From the NCBI GenBank assembly GCA_965223985.1, contig OZ245030.1, positions 3,282,930-3,346,929 of the forward strand: a DNA stretch of 64,000 bases, read 5' to 3'. The stretch comes from Candidatus Poribacteria bacterium (GTDB taxonomy: Bacteria; Poribacteria; WGA-4E; PCPOR2b). The first letter of the stretch is position 1; each line of letters begins with the position of its first letter. Of this stretch, positions 10,401-21,100 are shown one piece after another. The notes beneath the pieces were generated by a model. That model saw only the letters and a list, made by a program, of their open reading frames with translations. It had not been told where the DNA came from and did not search any database. The position numbers were made by a program, and so were the translations under genes.

Positions 10401-11546
10401 ATGAGAATGAGCCCGCTGCGCATTCTAGTCTTATCCCATTCCTATATTATGAAGCCATATCGTCGGAAGTTTGCCTTGATTGGCGAAAATACCGATGTTG
10501 AAATTCGTGTGGTTACTCCCAATCGCTGGTTTGAAAGTTTTCAAGAAATTGTCTTCCAACCCGATTCAAGCACGTGTTGCGACGAGATTCCGCATCCAGT
10601 CTGGTTTTCAGGTTACAGCAGTCGTTTTTACTATCGGCATGGCTTGAAAAGACATTTCCAAGATTTTCAGCCCCACATTATCCACCTTGAGGAAGAAGCG
10701 TGGAGCCTGAACGCACTTCAGACCTTACATCTCAAACAGAAATATTGCCCGCACAGCCGCTTCATATTTCGGACTTCATTAAGTATTCCAACCAAACAGC
10801 GATTTGGATTCCTGCCGGTCTGGATTGAGCAGCGTATCTTTCGGCAGGCTACTGCTGCGTTTCCTTTAAGCCAAAATGCTGGAAAAATCTTGAAACAACG
10901 CGGTTATCAAGGCAAGTTAATCCCCATATCAAACGGTGTAGACCTGCGCCTATTTCGTAAAATGGAGGCGAGTAATTTCAAAGTGCAGCTTGGTCTACGA
11001 GATAGTTTCGTAATTGGCTACGTCGGTCGTCTTCTTCATATGAAGGGGCTTGATACACTTCTTGAGGTGGCCGCGACTCTTGATTTTGATTACCAACTAT
11101 TGATAGTGGGGCGGGGTGAGTATAAGGCAGATCTAATCAAATTAGCAGATACGCTTGGCATTGCGAATCGAATCGTTTGGGTAGATGGTGTTCCGCCTGA
11201 AAATGTTCCGAAATATATTAACTGTATGGATACACTGGTTTTGCCTTCACGCACGACGCCGGGCTGGGTTGAATTTTTTGGACGAGTCCTGATCGAGGGG
11301 ATGGCGTGTGAAGTTCCGGTGATTGGGTCCGATTCTGGTGAAATCCCCAACGTCATAGGTGATGCCGGTCTAATCTTCCAAGAGGGGGATACACAGGCTT
11401 TGGCAGATCTATTCAGGGAGATAGAACGGGACGAGTCGCTGCGGGTCAAATGCATTCAACGTGGCTTAGAACGTGTTAAGAGATTTATGTGGGAAACCAT
11501 TGCTCAAGAAACTTATGCGGTCTATCGTGAACTTGTGCCGCAATAG
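10401..11546 (+). CDS. Glycosyltransferase family 4 (GT-B, GT1-like)
   Basis: EGMACEVPVIGSDSGEIPNVI (the E-x7-E region of GT4). Confidence 0.7.
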   Translation: MRMSPLRILVLSHSYIMKPYRRKFALIGENTDVEIRVVTPNRWFESFQEIVFQPDSSTCCDEIPHPVWFSGYSSRFYYRHGLKRHFQDFQPHIIHLEEEAWSLNALQTLHLKQKYCPHSRFIFRTSLSIPTKQRFGFLPVWIEQRIFRQATAAFPLSQNAGKILKQRGYQGKLIPISNGVDLRLFRKMEASNFKVQLGLRDSFVIGYVGRLLHMKGLDTLLEVAATLDFDYQLLIVGRGEYKADLIKLADTLGIANRIVWVDGVPPENVPKYINCMDTLVLPSRTTPGWVEFFGRVLIEGMACEVPVIGSDSGEIPNVIGDAGLIFQEGDTQALADLFREIERDESLRVKCIQRGLERVKRFMWETIAQETYAVYRELVPQ

Positions 11547-11661
11547 AGAATCCCGATGACAATGTTCAGGTTTTCGCACTGACCATTGATTGTACGCTCA
11601 CTCATGCTTATGGATAACGGACAGCGTACCACCATTAGTTTTTCCCAAACCCGATTAACCT

Positions 11662-12777
11662 TTGAAAGGTCGCAGGATGAAAGATGCGTTCTTTGGCGAG
11701 AAACAACCGTTTCAACGCATCAAAATCTTTTTTGGAATACTCCTTCCAAGGAACACTGACGTGAAACAAGATGCGTATTACCAATCGCGTTTCAAGTTTC
11801 ACGCGCTCTCCAGCTTTTTCCTCACCATTAGTCTGGTATCTGCCACAAACAGTGCCGCAGATATCACATCTCCGCAGAACCAAGCCCCAATTGATTATGT
11901 TGTTGCTGTCGTGAATGATTGGGCAATCACGTTGAGTGCTCTGGAGAATGACCTAATCATTAGAGAGATGCGAGATTCATCAGACAACATAAATCGAGCT
12001 CGCTTGTTGAAAAATCTCATCGAACAGAAACTGTTGTTGCAGGAAGCAGAACGGTGGGGAATTCCGCTTGCACGCTGGAAGGAAAAGGTCAATGCGGAAA
12101 TTGAAGAGATTAAATCCAAATACCTCTCCGAGTCGCTGTTCATTGAGGAACTTAAGGAAAGCGGACTGGAATATAAGGATTTGGAGCAGTGGATAAAGTC
12201 ACGGTTAATCTTGAATGAGTTGATAGTCCGCCGATTCCATAGCAATATTGACATGGAGGTTATTGCGCAAGCGGCGAATCAATACTTCAAGCAGAACCAG
12301 TTCCTACAATTCCAATATATCATTGCACTCTCAAGGCCTGAAGATACGCTTAATCGACAAATCCAAACGAAGCAAACCGCGGAGAAGATTTATCTACGTT
12401 TACAGGCAGGGGAGAAGTTTGACGACATTCAACAGGCTTACAAATCCAATCCCAATCTCAAGGTGGAATACGAACCCCAGATCATTACTGTTGACACACA
12501 GTTAGGACGAACAATTGCAAAATTAGGGAATAATGAACTAAGCCACCCCATTTTAACCCCTGAAGGCTACTTAATCTGCAGATTAATTGACCAGGAGTCG
12601 CCGCATTGGAAAACAGATGCAGCGGCAATCGAAGAGATAAAAAATACGATGATTCAGAGAGAAGAAAGGACACAAGTTGACGCGTGGCTAAAAGAGCAGT
12701 GGGAATTGGGGGATATTCGTATCTTGGATGCGGAACTGGCTCAACTACAGACAACAGATTCAGATCCGGAGCCTTAA
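11662..12777 (+). CDS. SurA N-terminal-domain periplasmic chaperone-like protein
   Basis: Hydrophobic signal-like segment, then a helical SurA-N-like region. No parvulin domain recognised. The true start may be internal. Confidence 0.4.
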   Translation: MKGRRMKDAFFGEKQPFQRIKIFFGILLPRNTDVKQDAYYQSRFKFHALSSFFLTISLVSATNSAADITSPQNQAPIDYVVAVVNDWAITLSALENDLIIREMRDSSDNINRARLLKNLIEQKLLLQEAERWGIPLARWKEKVNAEIEEIKSKYLSESLFIEELKESGLEYKDLEQWIKSRLILNELIVRRFHSNIDMEVIAQAANQYFKQNQFLQFQYIIALSRPEDTLNRQIQTKQTAEKIYLRLQAGEKFDDIQQAYKSNPNLKVEYEPQIITVDTQLGRTIAKLGNNELSHPILTPEGYLICRLIDQESPHWKTDAAAIEEIKNTMIQREERTQVDAWLKEQWELGDIRILDAELAQLQTTDSDPEP

Positions 12778-12896
12778 ACTAGGGCATCTGAGCCGTTGAA
12801 TTCGATTGGAATTCTTGGCAGCGGCTCAGCGAAGAGAAGAATCAAAAACCTATGTAAGCGTCTATAAACCAATTACGCGAAAGGAAAATCAAGAAC

Positions 12897-13328
12897 ATGG
12901 TTTTAACATCTTTGAACAAACATAGACACATCGGGCTCTTAATTCTCCGTATCGGACTTGGGTGCATGTTCCTCTTTCACGGCGCCCCCAAGCTGTTTGG
13001 CGGACCAGAGAAGTGGGAACAGATCGGCATGGCGATGCAAACCCTTGGCATAGGGTTTATACCAACGTTTTGGGGACTCATGGCTGCGATTTCCGAGTTC
13101 ATTGGAGGCGTCTGCCTAATCCTCGGTCTATTTTTCAGACCGGCTTGCATCCTTTTAACGATAACAATGATGGTTGCCGCTATCAGACACCTGAGCCTAG
13201 GCGACGGTTTGGCGGGCGCGTCGCACGCCATCGAAGTTGGTATCGTTTTTCTGAGTTTCATCCTGATTGGGGCAGGCAAATATAGCCTTGATGAAAAACT
13301 GACCCCGAATCAAGGCACGGATAACTAA
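12897..13328 (+). CDS. DoxX family membrane protein
   Basis: Four predicted transmembrane helices. ILRIGLGCMFLFHGAPKLFG is the DoxX signature. Confidence 0.7.
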   Translation: MVLTSLNKHRHIGLLILRIGLGCMFLFHGAPKLFGGPEKWEQIGMAMQTLGIGFIPTFWGLMAAISEFIGGVCLILGLFFRPACILLTITMMVAAIRHLSLGDGLAGASHAIEVGIVFLSFILIGAGKYSLDEKLTPNQGTDN

Positions 13329-13453
13329 TTCGTCGCTCACTTATCAGAGTGATAGAAAACAAAAACATGGTTCCCCATTAACTGACCATTACAAGTTGTG
13401 AGTTTATCCTCCCAAGTCTGAATACATCGTCCATCGTTTCAACGAAGACAGCG

Positions 13454-15439
13454 TCACCGGTTCCGGCGGCGTTCACGTCTGATAAGCTCTCGATTTATTG
13501 TGTCTAAAGGTTTAGAACTAGTAGAGGGACGCGCATACATACCATATGTGTAATTTTTAACCACATCCACTAATACCCTGCCATTAAAGTATATTGCCTT
13601 AGGCAGCAGCGCCAGCAGGTCGCTGTTGTGCTTATCCAATGACAATAACGCTTCTACACAATAACTAATTATGTTGCTGCCTTTCACATCATCGCCATAA
13701 TATAGTATATCTATCCGGGGATACCTCTTTAACGATTCAATGACCGAGCCCTCAACAGGGCCTATGGCATCTAGACTCACGCGCAGCTTCTCTAACAACC
13801 CTTCAATTACAAACGGTTCCGAATAACCTGAACGTCCCAGCAACTCAACGCAACTTAGGACGTACTTCGCATCCTTCAATCCTTGTCGAACTAGAATCTC
13901 AATCGCTTCTTGATCCACTTGACCGCTCTTGAGTAGCGCCATCGCCAAATACAACCGTATCTGAGGGTTGGACATCTCTCGAAACGCCTCACTCAACTTT
14001 CGGCTGGCGTGGGCATTTTCCCCTGCATACTCTCCCCAAAGGCCAATGACAAGCAAGCGGAGTTTTTCATCCGACAAGAGATGTATCATGACATCATGTA
14101 GCAGGTCGTCCCAATAATCGAACAACAATAGACTTTGTACAGCATGAAATCGAGCCCAATAGCTCTCATCGGGGTTCTCTATTGTGTGTAATAAAACGGC
14201 TTCGATGCTCTCATTGAACTGAAGATAGATCGCTTGTCCCAGGCCGCTAATGGCAGCGATTTTTACCCGTTCGTCCTTTTGTCGGACCGATGTCTCTCTA
14301 TCCACCATCGCGTCGGTGAAGATTCGCCAAGCGGAGGAATCGCCCTCCTTCAGGTTTGCCAATGACAACAGCGCTGAAGCGCGCACTTCAGGCGCGTCAT
14401 GTTGTGCGGCTTCCACAAGTGCATTCCAAACTTTCCGCTGCATCTTCGGAAAAAACTCGCGCCGCTCGAGTCCTTGAACGGGTGAAAAACTTGGGTGTCC
14501 CGTGAGCGCTTTAGCGGCTGCGGCTCGCGCCTTGACGCTGCTATCGTTGCGTAACGTATCCAGCAACGCCATGGCGGCGTCACTATTTTTCCGAGAGTGC
14601 CGCTCCAGAGCCAGAGCGCCCGTCTTGCGAAGTTCGTAATCCTCATCGTGCAGCCATTTGATTAACGGGCTAGTAGTACGTCCCCTCCAAATATGGCTGA
14701 CGGCATTAACTAGCGAATGAGACGGTTGTGGCGCCCTCGCCATTTCTTCAAGCTGGGTTCTAACTGCCGGGTGGAGTTTGTGATAGACCATGCGCTCTTT
14801 ATCCGAAAGTCGGGTTGACATGTACATCGCGTCTAGCGCGTAATCCTGATACTTGCGGTCAGGGTGTTGAAGCATTTCAAGGTAGTATTTCCAAATTTTG
14901 TCTGTGTGTTTGTCGAGTTTTACCCATTGCAGCAAGGCGACGGCTGCGAAGCGACGTAAGTCGGGGTCTCGCTCGGTTGCGACGACTTCCTGAACCGCAC
15001 GCACCGTCCCGCGGCTTACGCCGCCTTTTCCGCCGCGAAAGGCTTTCATGACAATTAGCGCAGTCCATCTGACCTCTTTGTCCTTGTCACGCCGCAGCGC
15101 ATCGACTATTGACCAGAACACCTTATTTGTCTCGTCTAAGTCGTAAAGTCTTCCCAAAGCTAAGATGGCGCGGCTACGGATTGCTGGATCTTCGTGCCAT
15201 GTGTCTTTGACAATTTTCGATCTAATAGTAGCTACGGCTTTTTGGCCCCGTCCGTTTCTAATAATGGGAGACCGACGAACGCGCCATCCATCTGTCTGCC
15301 CATCGGCATAGGTGCTGAATACAATCAACATCAGTGTCAACGAGAGTAGCCAGCGCCAACCATTAGAATGAACCGCAAAACAACCCTTTATGTTCATCAT
15401 TATCGCATCATCCTTTCCTAATTTATACGTGAAATACAC
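13454..15439 (-). CDS. Secreted HEAT / PBS-lyase repeat protein
   Basis: Signal peptide, then many ~30-aa repeats with (D/E)xxVRxxAxxALG motifs. Confidence 0.6.
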   Translation of the reverse strand: MYFTYKLGKDDAIMMNIKGCFAVHSNGWRWLLSLTLMLIVFSTYADGQTDGWRVRRSPIIRNGRGQKAVATIRSKIVKDTWHEDPAIRSRAILALGRLYDLDETNKVFWSIVDALRRDKDKEVRWTALIVMKAFRGGKGGVSRGTVRAVQEVVATERDPDLRRFAAVALLQWVKLDKHTDKIWKYYLEMLQHPDRKYQDYALDAMYMSTRLSDKERMVYHKLHPAVRTQLEEMARAPQPSHSLVNAVSHIWRGRTTSPLIKWLHDEDYELRKTGALALERHSRKNSDAAMALLDTLRNDSSVKARAAAAKALTGHPSFSPVQGLERREFFPKMQRKVWNALVEAAQHDAPEVRASALLSLANLKEGDSSAWRIFTDAMVDRETSVRQKDERVKIAAISGLGQAIYLQFNESIEAVLLHTIENPDESYWARFHAVQSLLLFDYWDDLLHDVMIHLLSDEKLRLLVIGLWGEYAGENAHASRKLSEAFREMSNPQIRLYLAMALLKSGQVDQEAIEILVRQGLKDAKYVLSCVELLGRSGYSEPFVIEGLLEKLRVSLDAIGPVEGSVIESLKRYPRIDILYYGDDVKGSNIISYCVEALLSLDKHNSDLLALLPKAIYFNGRVLVDVVKNYTYGMYARPSTSSKPLDTINRELIRRERRRNR

Positions 15440-15736
15440 ACCAGAGGCGACCTAAATCCACCAAATCCCGCCGGGATAGTTCTAAAGTATAAGCAAAATA
15501 TAGGAAGTTCCCTTTACCTTCAATTTTATCAATAAAACCTGTAACACTAGCTCGGCTTCTTCAACATAGGTAGGCTGAGCAAATTATATGCCATAACGAA
15601 TTATCCCGACACTTCCCCACAATGTTAGAGAAAATAAAGGGATATCTGGCTATTCGTCAGACTCCTATCAAGGGCGTCTGTAGCGATTTTACTACATCGT
15701 GATACTAAATTGATACAGGATTCAAGTCCAGCAGTT

Positions 15737-15865
15737 CTTGTAGTTCTTGTAGGTTGGGTAGAGCGATCAACTGAGCGAATGCGATAGAGTTCCCAAGGCG
15801 ATAGTCTTCACCGACACCAAAACTAGCGAAGACTATTGGAAAACTATCGCCCTCCCTGTTCGGTC
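15737..15865 (+). repeat. Intergenic repeat family R (TGTAGGTTGGGTAGAGCGATCAACTGAGCGAATGCGATAGAGTTCCCAAGGCGATAG... plus hairpin)
   Basis: Near-identical to 20992-21100 and 56351-56530 and to the reverse complement of 8349-8405. Shorter core copies lie at 15888-15915, 16144-16164(-), 16684-16705 and 17011-17033(-). Confidence 0.7.
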
Positions 15866-15984
15866 GCTTGATCGCTGGGTATCACCATTAGTTCTTGTAG
15901 GTTGGGTTAAGCGGGTTACATCCAATTCATTCCTATGGAGAATTTTCGTTCCAAAATCCAAACGACGTTTTATGCAACATGCGC

Positions 15985-16072
15985 GTAGCGTAACCCAACG
16001 CTTTTCGTAGCACCGTACCGGCACGGCGTAACGATGCACGTCCCAATTCCCAAAAAACGTTGGGTTACGCTA
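15985..16072. repeat. MITE-like element with 15-bp terminal inverted repeats GTAGCGTAACCCAACG / CGTTGGGTTACGCTA
   Basis: Perfect inverted termini ~88 bp apart. Related inverted-repeat pairs lie at 16773-16940 and 56386-56592. Confidence 0.55.
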
Positions 16073-16204
16073 TCTAGTACAAATTTCCTAACACAATCAA
16101 AACATGAAACGCACCCGGAATACTTACTCTTTTCCTTCAACACCGCTCAACCCAACCTACAAAATCTTCACTGCACCGACGACACCGACAACGATTAAGG
16201 AGAG

Positions 16205-16681
16205 GTGATTACTATGGCGATCAAAACAGGTTATTTGTATGAAACACCAGATACGTTTATTCATTCGTGTTTTTCGTTTAAAGGCAGACTCAATAGAGCA
16301 CGTTTTTGGATCTATGGGTTGTTTTCCACAATTAGTATGTTAGGTATAGGACTGTTAAGTTTTTTAGGGGGTGCGTTCTTTAGATTAATCTTTGGACTAT
16401 TCCTTGATGACAATGCAGCAGAAGGAATTGGAGTTGGAATTGGCCTGACTTGCTTCGTTATAGGGTCGAACTGGATACAGTTAGCAGTGGTTATTAAACG
16501 CTTGCACGATATGGATTATACTTGGGCACCTGTCTTGATTTATTTAATTCCCATTCTCGGTTGGATTATATTAACAATTGCACTTGGATTTTGTAAAGGG
16601 ACCGATGGCCCAAACCAGTTTGGAAAAGATCGCTTGAAATTGTATAGTGAGCAAGACAATTTCATGATAGAATATTCCTAG
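16205..16681 (+). CDS. DUF805 family inner-membrane protein (YhaH/YhaI-like)
   Basis: GRLNRARFW and KRLHDMDYTW motifs with 3-4 transmembrane helices. Flanked by the repeat copies. Confidence 0.7.
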   Translation: MITMAIKTGYLYETPDTFIHSCFSFKGRLNRARFWIYGLFSTISMLGIGLLSFLGGAFFRLIFGLFLDDNAAEGIGVGIGLTCFVIGSNWIQLAVVIKRLHDMDYTWAPVLIYLIPILGWIILTIALGFCKGTDGPNQFGKDRLKLYSEQDNFMIEYS

Positions 16682-16772
16682 TTTTGTAGGTTGGGTAGAG
16701 CGGGTATGGTAAACAGATGCAGTAATTTGCAGGCGGTTCGTATGTTGAGGTTGTTTGGTAAATGTTTATGGT

Positions 16773-16940
16773 GTAGCGAAACCCAACGTTTTTGAAACCT
16801 CTGGATTGCCGATTGTCAGACGCCAGCACCGGGACGATCAGAACAAGAAAAAACGATGGGTATGTTGGGAAATCGGGGCGGAGCATTGAATACGGAATTT
16901 GTTTGGAATGCCGGAGGTATTAAAAGCGTTGGGTTTCGCT
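16773..16940. repeat. MITE-like element with GTAGCGAAACCCAACG terminal inverted repeats (168 bp)
   Basis: gtagcgaaacccaacg at 16773-16788 and cgttgggtttcgct at 16927-16940. Confidence 0.55.
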
Positions 16941-17057
16941 GCGTCCGACGTGTTTCTCGCACAATTAACGTACAAAGCGATTGGTTATAATGGAGGCGTT
17001 TCGATGAACCCGCGCTACCCAACCTACAAAAGCCTTGTCCTTTCGCTCCGGTGAGTT

Positions 17058-20000
17058 TTAATCAAACGACCCCTCCACAACGGCAATCTCCTCATCCGTC
17101 AAGCTATAGAGTTGATAAACCACCTGATCAATCAGCGCGTCGGTACTCTGAATGCGGGTGAGCAAGGGGTTGATTTTGGCGCAGCTAGCTGTGAGCTCGC
17201 GCCGTAGCGATTCTTGGAAACTTCGGCTTGATAAATCCACGGCGATGCACCGACGGTTTTTCCTGAGGACATCCACTAGACGATCGAACGACAGATCGAA
17301 ATAACCCCGAATCGCTGTCTTGTTCTTGAGTGCCTCAATTTCCACCCCGATTTCCTGTTCAAGCCAGTGCAGAAATCCGCGAATCTCCTCACCTTTGGCT
17401 TTGTTCATCTCAAGCATCTGCGCCGCGAGGAAGCCGAGTAGGTCGTGGACGATATCGGAACGCTCTGGATCGGCGGCGAGGTGGTGCTTTACGAAGCCAA
17501 GCACGCAATCTGTGCTCCCTTTGTCGAGGCAGAATTGGTGGAGCGTTTTGGCTTTTTCGAGTTGCCGGCTGCGTTCTTCTGCTAGGGTAGTGAAGTTGAT
17601 GCGTCGGATCGGAAATTCTCGCACCGTTGCTATATCAAGCTGAGGAAAATCATCCCGCTTGGCAACTTCGGAAAACCAAATGAAAATCTGTGAAAACAAC
17701 CTTGAGTTTATGAGTGTCAGTAAATAGAACAAGGAGATTGAAGGATCTTTGCCAATTGCAAGTATGTACGATTTGTTAATAGCAAAATCTGTATCAATAT
17801 AGGTGGCATGTATCCGATGCTGACGACTGATGATTCGACGGATAATCAGTCTCTCCCCAACGAAGAAATCATCCGAAGGACATTCTGTCAAGTCAACCAT
17901 GCTCACCCGTCCTATTGTTTCTGGCTTGAGATTGTATCGGCCAACAGTTCCCCAGAATCCTGTTATAGCTGTTTGACTTCCTTCCGCTGCACCGGAAAAC
18001 GGTGTCATGCCACGAGCGACTTCCAGAAACATCTCCGCTTCTGTACCGAATTGTTTAACTTTGTTGTGTATAGAAATAACAAATGGAGAAAGTAACGTCA
18101 GGAAGCGATGATGCGAATCCTCTTGCCATATAGCGGAGTCAACCTCATTATAATCTTGAGTTTTTGATGCCAATGCTTCCGCTGATTCGCGTACTCCATA
18201 GCGTTTGATTTGTACCCGACCTGATGCAGCACTAGATTTTTGAGCAATAAAAACAATTGTGTCAATGTAAGCATCGGGAAATACGTCATATGGTAAGTGA
18301 ACTATATATTCGATTGCACACACTGAATGAAACCAGTCACGTAAGCTACGGTACGTTCTTGCGGTCAACCAACCGCTTGGCACGATAAACCCCATCCGTC
18401 CCTGATGTGCTAGTTCCAAAAGGCCTCTTTCAGTAAAGACAACAAATGAATCTGACACTTTATCCACTACCGGCAAGTTAATCTTTAAAAATCTCTTATC
18501 CAATTCATCAAAATTCGCCCCATACGGTGGATTCCCAATCACCGCATCAAATCCCGGATTATCTTTCTCCCGTCCGTACTTATCACGAAACACTTCGGGG
18601 AACTCAATCTCCCAATGGAAGAACCGCTTCTCTGTTTCTATCTCCTGCGACCGTTGATAGGCTGGCATCGCCTCAAGTTCCGCCATTTTCTTGTCACGCA
18701 GCGCATCAAGTGCGGCGTGATATTCCGTGCGAGAAACACGATTTCCGAAATAGAAGCTCGTCCAGAGATTCGCTAGCCCTTTGTGAAAACGGAGCATCGT
18801 TTGGGCGATGTCCAATTGGTGTTCCTTCGCGTGGATATGGTCGGCGGTGCGGCTCTCCATCTCTTCGATCAGCAGGTAGTGCCCGATGGCGGTTGCCACT
18901 GTGTCGGTGAAAGGGAAAGCCATCGAAAATTCTTCCGTCTGGGGTTCGTCTGTTTTGCGGCGGTTTTTCTTCAGTTGCGGTAGGTTCGAGAGATTCGCAA
19001 TCTTCGCCCCGATTAGCGAGTTCCCGCAGCGGATGTGATGGTCGAGGAACGAAAGCGGTTCTCCCTTCGCAACTGTATGCAGCCAAAGAGAGAGCTTCGC
19101 CAATTCCACCGCCATTGGGTTGAGGTCAACGCCGTAAACGCACGACTCCACGACGCGCCGCCGCCAGTAGGCGAGCTCCGTCTCTTCGCTCGCCGTTTCG
19201 GTCATGAAGGACGCATCCGGGTGTGTGATTAGTTCTTCGGCGAGATAATCGACAACGCCGACGAGAAAATGACCGCTCCCGGTGGCAGGATCGAGGATTT
19301 TAAGCGATAGAATCTCCTCAACGGTTTTGCCCTCACAGAGCGGTTCGAGGGTGTTTTCGACGATGTAGCGGACAATGTAATCGGGGGTGTAGTAACTACC
19401 GGTCGCCTTCCGATCGCCCTTGTCGGTCAGGAGATAGATTTCTCCCTCCCGATAGGCGGCCTCCTGATTGGGAGAGGATTTTGGCGTGACCGTCTCGCCT
19501 CTTTTTTTTGAAACGACGACCAAATCTTGGTCGGCAATTTGGGGTTGAAATTCCAGCAAGCCTTCGTAGATATTTCCGAGATGGCGCACATCAAGATCCC
19601 GGTAGGCGATGCGTTCGCCTTTTTCGGTCCGTGTTAGGAGTTCGATAACCTGTGCTAGCGCATCGTCGCCAATCACGTAATTTTCAAGGAACGGATGCTG
19701 TTGCGGATTGAAAAGCCCGCCGTTATACTGCGGGATGTGGTCTTCCCAACCGTCGTTGACGAGCGTAGATAACTGCTGCAGCCCTGTCCAATAGAGGCTG
19801 GCGCCCGGCGCGAAGGCGATACCGCCTTCCAGTTTTTCGTGAATGTCGGTTGCCAAATGGTCGAGGCTATACTGCATCGCGTAATCGCGATTGTTTAAGG
19901 GCAGCAAGCCACGGCTTTCAGCGTAGAGGATAAACAGGAGACGGTAGAGCAGGATTAGGCAGTTGGTGTGAATCTCATGTAACGGCGGATTGGCTTTGTC

Positions 20001-20900
20001 GAAACTGTTTCGCGGAAAATCGTGAAAACCGCCGATGAGCAGGCGCAAAGCATCGTAGATGCGGTTTTTCAAATCATCAGAAACGTTGACGGTGTATTCC
20101 CGGCTCTCCCCCAATACGCGGTCGAGAAAAGATGTCCCGCTCGCATCGGGGGTGAATGCGTCACGCCGAAAGAGGCAGTAGAAATAACGGAAGGTATCTA
20201 GGTCTCTGTTTCCACTGAGAAGTGTGGCGAGGTTTACCTCATAAAAGCTGTCGAGCCGATAACTGGTCTGACGCTGGTAGAGCCGCCACTGCCTACCGTT
20301 GGTTAAAATACCCCACTCTTTATCTGCGCCTCGCAGATAGAAATCGATCTGGTAGTTCGGATTCTGATTGTTAAACGGGTCGCTAGTGCCCTGCGCCTTC
20401 CGATCCAGGTTGCGTGACCACGCCTTGGCGTCGCCGACGGCTAGGGCAGTTTTGAAAAACTGGTTTGTGTTGACCTGAGGTTTTGCCGTATTGTGGGCGT
20501 CAGTCGACTCGAAGAAGGCATAATCGGGTCTTTTGGTTCCCAATGACGTTTGAAGTGCCGGCTGCACCTCGAAAACGTGCCCTAACTGTTCAAGCAGCGG
20601 TTGGATGAGTTCGCGTTCAGTTTGTGCCTCGTTGAGGTGTACTGCGTTGGGGGCGACGGCGTCGAAGAGATTTTTAATTTCGGCATAATCCGATTCAATG
20701 TCGGGTGTATTCGCCCATTGTGGTTGTTCAACGATTAGGGAATCGAGATAGTAGTCCGAAAAGAGCGATTGATTTTTTACGGCGTCGGGTAGGTTTTTGG
20801 TGTTGATAGACATCGGAGCGTCCGCTCTTGTTATACGTTTTTCGCCCCATAGGGACTTCGCGTTGGTTTCGTCGACCTTGCAATACACCTCTCGCACCAC
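17058..20900 (-). CDS. Type IIG restriction-modification enzyme: PD-(D/E)xK nuclease, gamma-class N6-adenine methyltransferase and target-recognition domain fused in one polypeptide
   Basis: N-terminal RPDYAFF...AVGDAKAW (PD...DxK nuclease). Methyltransferase motif X GSYYTPDYIVRYIV, motif I LDPATGSGHFLV and motif IV VIGNPPYGANF. Long C-terminal target-recognition region. An alternative ATG start at 20813 (MSINTKNLP) is possible. Confidence 0.8.
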   Translation of the reverse strand: MVREVYCKVDETNAKSLWGEKRITRADAPMSINTKNLPDAVKNQSLFSDYYLDSLIVEQPQWANTPDIESDYAEIKNLFDAVAPNAVHLNEAQTERELIQPLLEQLGHVFEVQPALQTSLGTKRPDYAFFESTDAHNTAKPQVNTNQFFKTALAVGDAKAWSRNLDRKAQGTSDPFNNQNPNYQIDFYLRGADKEWGILTNGRQWRLYQRQTSYRLDSFYEVNLATLLSGNRDLDTFRYFYCLFRRDAFTPDASGTSFLDRVLGESREYTVNVSDDLKNRIYDALRLLIGGFHDFPRNSFDKANPPLHEIHTNCLILLYRLLFILYAESRGLLPLNNRDYAMQYSLDHLATDIHEKLEGGIAFAPGASLYWTGLQQLSTLVNDGWEDHIPQYNGGLFNPQQHPFLENYVIGDDALAQVIELLTRTEKGERIAYRDLDVRHLGNIYEGLLEFQPQIADQDLVVVSKKRGETVTPKSSPNQEAAYREGEIYLLTDKGDRKATGSYYTPDYIVRYIVENTLEPLCEGKTVEEILSLKILDPATGSGHFLVGVVDYLAEELITHPDASFMTETASEETELAYWRRRVVESCVYGVDLNPMAVELAKLSLWLHTVAKGEPLSFLDHHIRCGNSLIGAKIANLSNLPQLKKNRRKTDEPQTEEFSMAFPFTDTVATAIGHYLLIEEMESRTADHIHAKEHQLDIAQTMLRFHKGLANLWTSFYFGNRVSRTEYHAALDALRDKKMAELEAMPAYQRSQEIETEKRFFHWEIEFPEVFRDKYGREKDNPGFDAVIGNPPYGANFDELDKRFLKINLPVVDKVSDSFVVFTERGLLELAHQGRMGFIVPSGWLTARTYRSLRDWFHSVCAIEYIVHLPYDVFPDAYIDTIVFIAQKSSAASGRVQIKRYGVRESAEALASKTQDYNEVDSAIWQEDSHHRFLTLLSPFVISIHNKVKQFGTEAEMFLEVARGMTPFSGAAEGSQTAITGFWGTVGRYNLKPETIGRVSMVDLTECPSDDFFVGERLIIRRIISRQHRIHATYIDTDFAINKSYILAIGKDPSISLFYLLTLINSRLFSQIFIWFSEVAKRDDFPQLDIATVREFPIRRINFTTLAEERSRQLEKAKTLHQFCLDKGSTDCVLGFVKHHLAADPERSDIVHDLLGFLAAQMLEMNKAKGEEIRGFLHWLEQEIGVEIEALKNKTAIRGYFDLSFDRLVDVLRKNRRCIAVDLSSRSFQESLRRELTASCAKINPLLTRIQSTDALIDQVVYQLYSLTDEEIAVVEGSFD

Positions 20901-20991
20901 GAAAGGGTGGTTAACTTGCGTTATTTTATCAAAAACTCAAGCCGACTTCCATGCAAAAACGTCCCGTTTGCCAAAAACCGCTTGTTCAGTC

Positions 20992-21100
20992 GATTGTAGG
21001 TTGGGTTGAGCGATCAACTGAGCGAATAGATCAAATGAGTGATTAGCGAATGCGATAGAGTTCCCAAGGCGATAGTTTTCCAGTCTTCACCAGTTTTGGG
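20992..21100 (+). repeat. Repeat family R copy flanking the restriction-modification gene
   Basis: tgtaggttgggttgagcgatcaactgagcgaat...gcgatagagttcccaaggcgatagtttt matches 15748-15820. Confidence 0.7.

Noticed and set aside
12962-13285. ORFs overlapping DoxX in other frames (12962-13285+, 12977-13279-)
   Set aside because: They are alternative frames of a clear DoxX membrane protein and are Arg/Pro-rich, i.e. spurious.
17058-20900. BREX PglX methyltransferase
   Set aside because: No brxA/B/C, pglZ or brxL genes are adjacent. An N-terminal PD-DxK nuclease motif is present. A self-contained Type IIG enzyme is the simpler reading.
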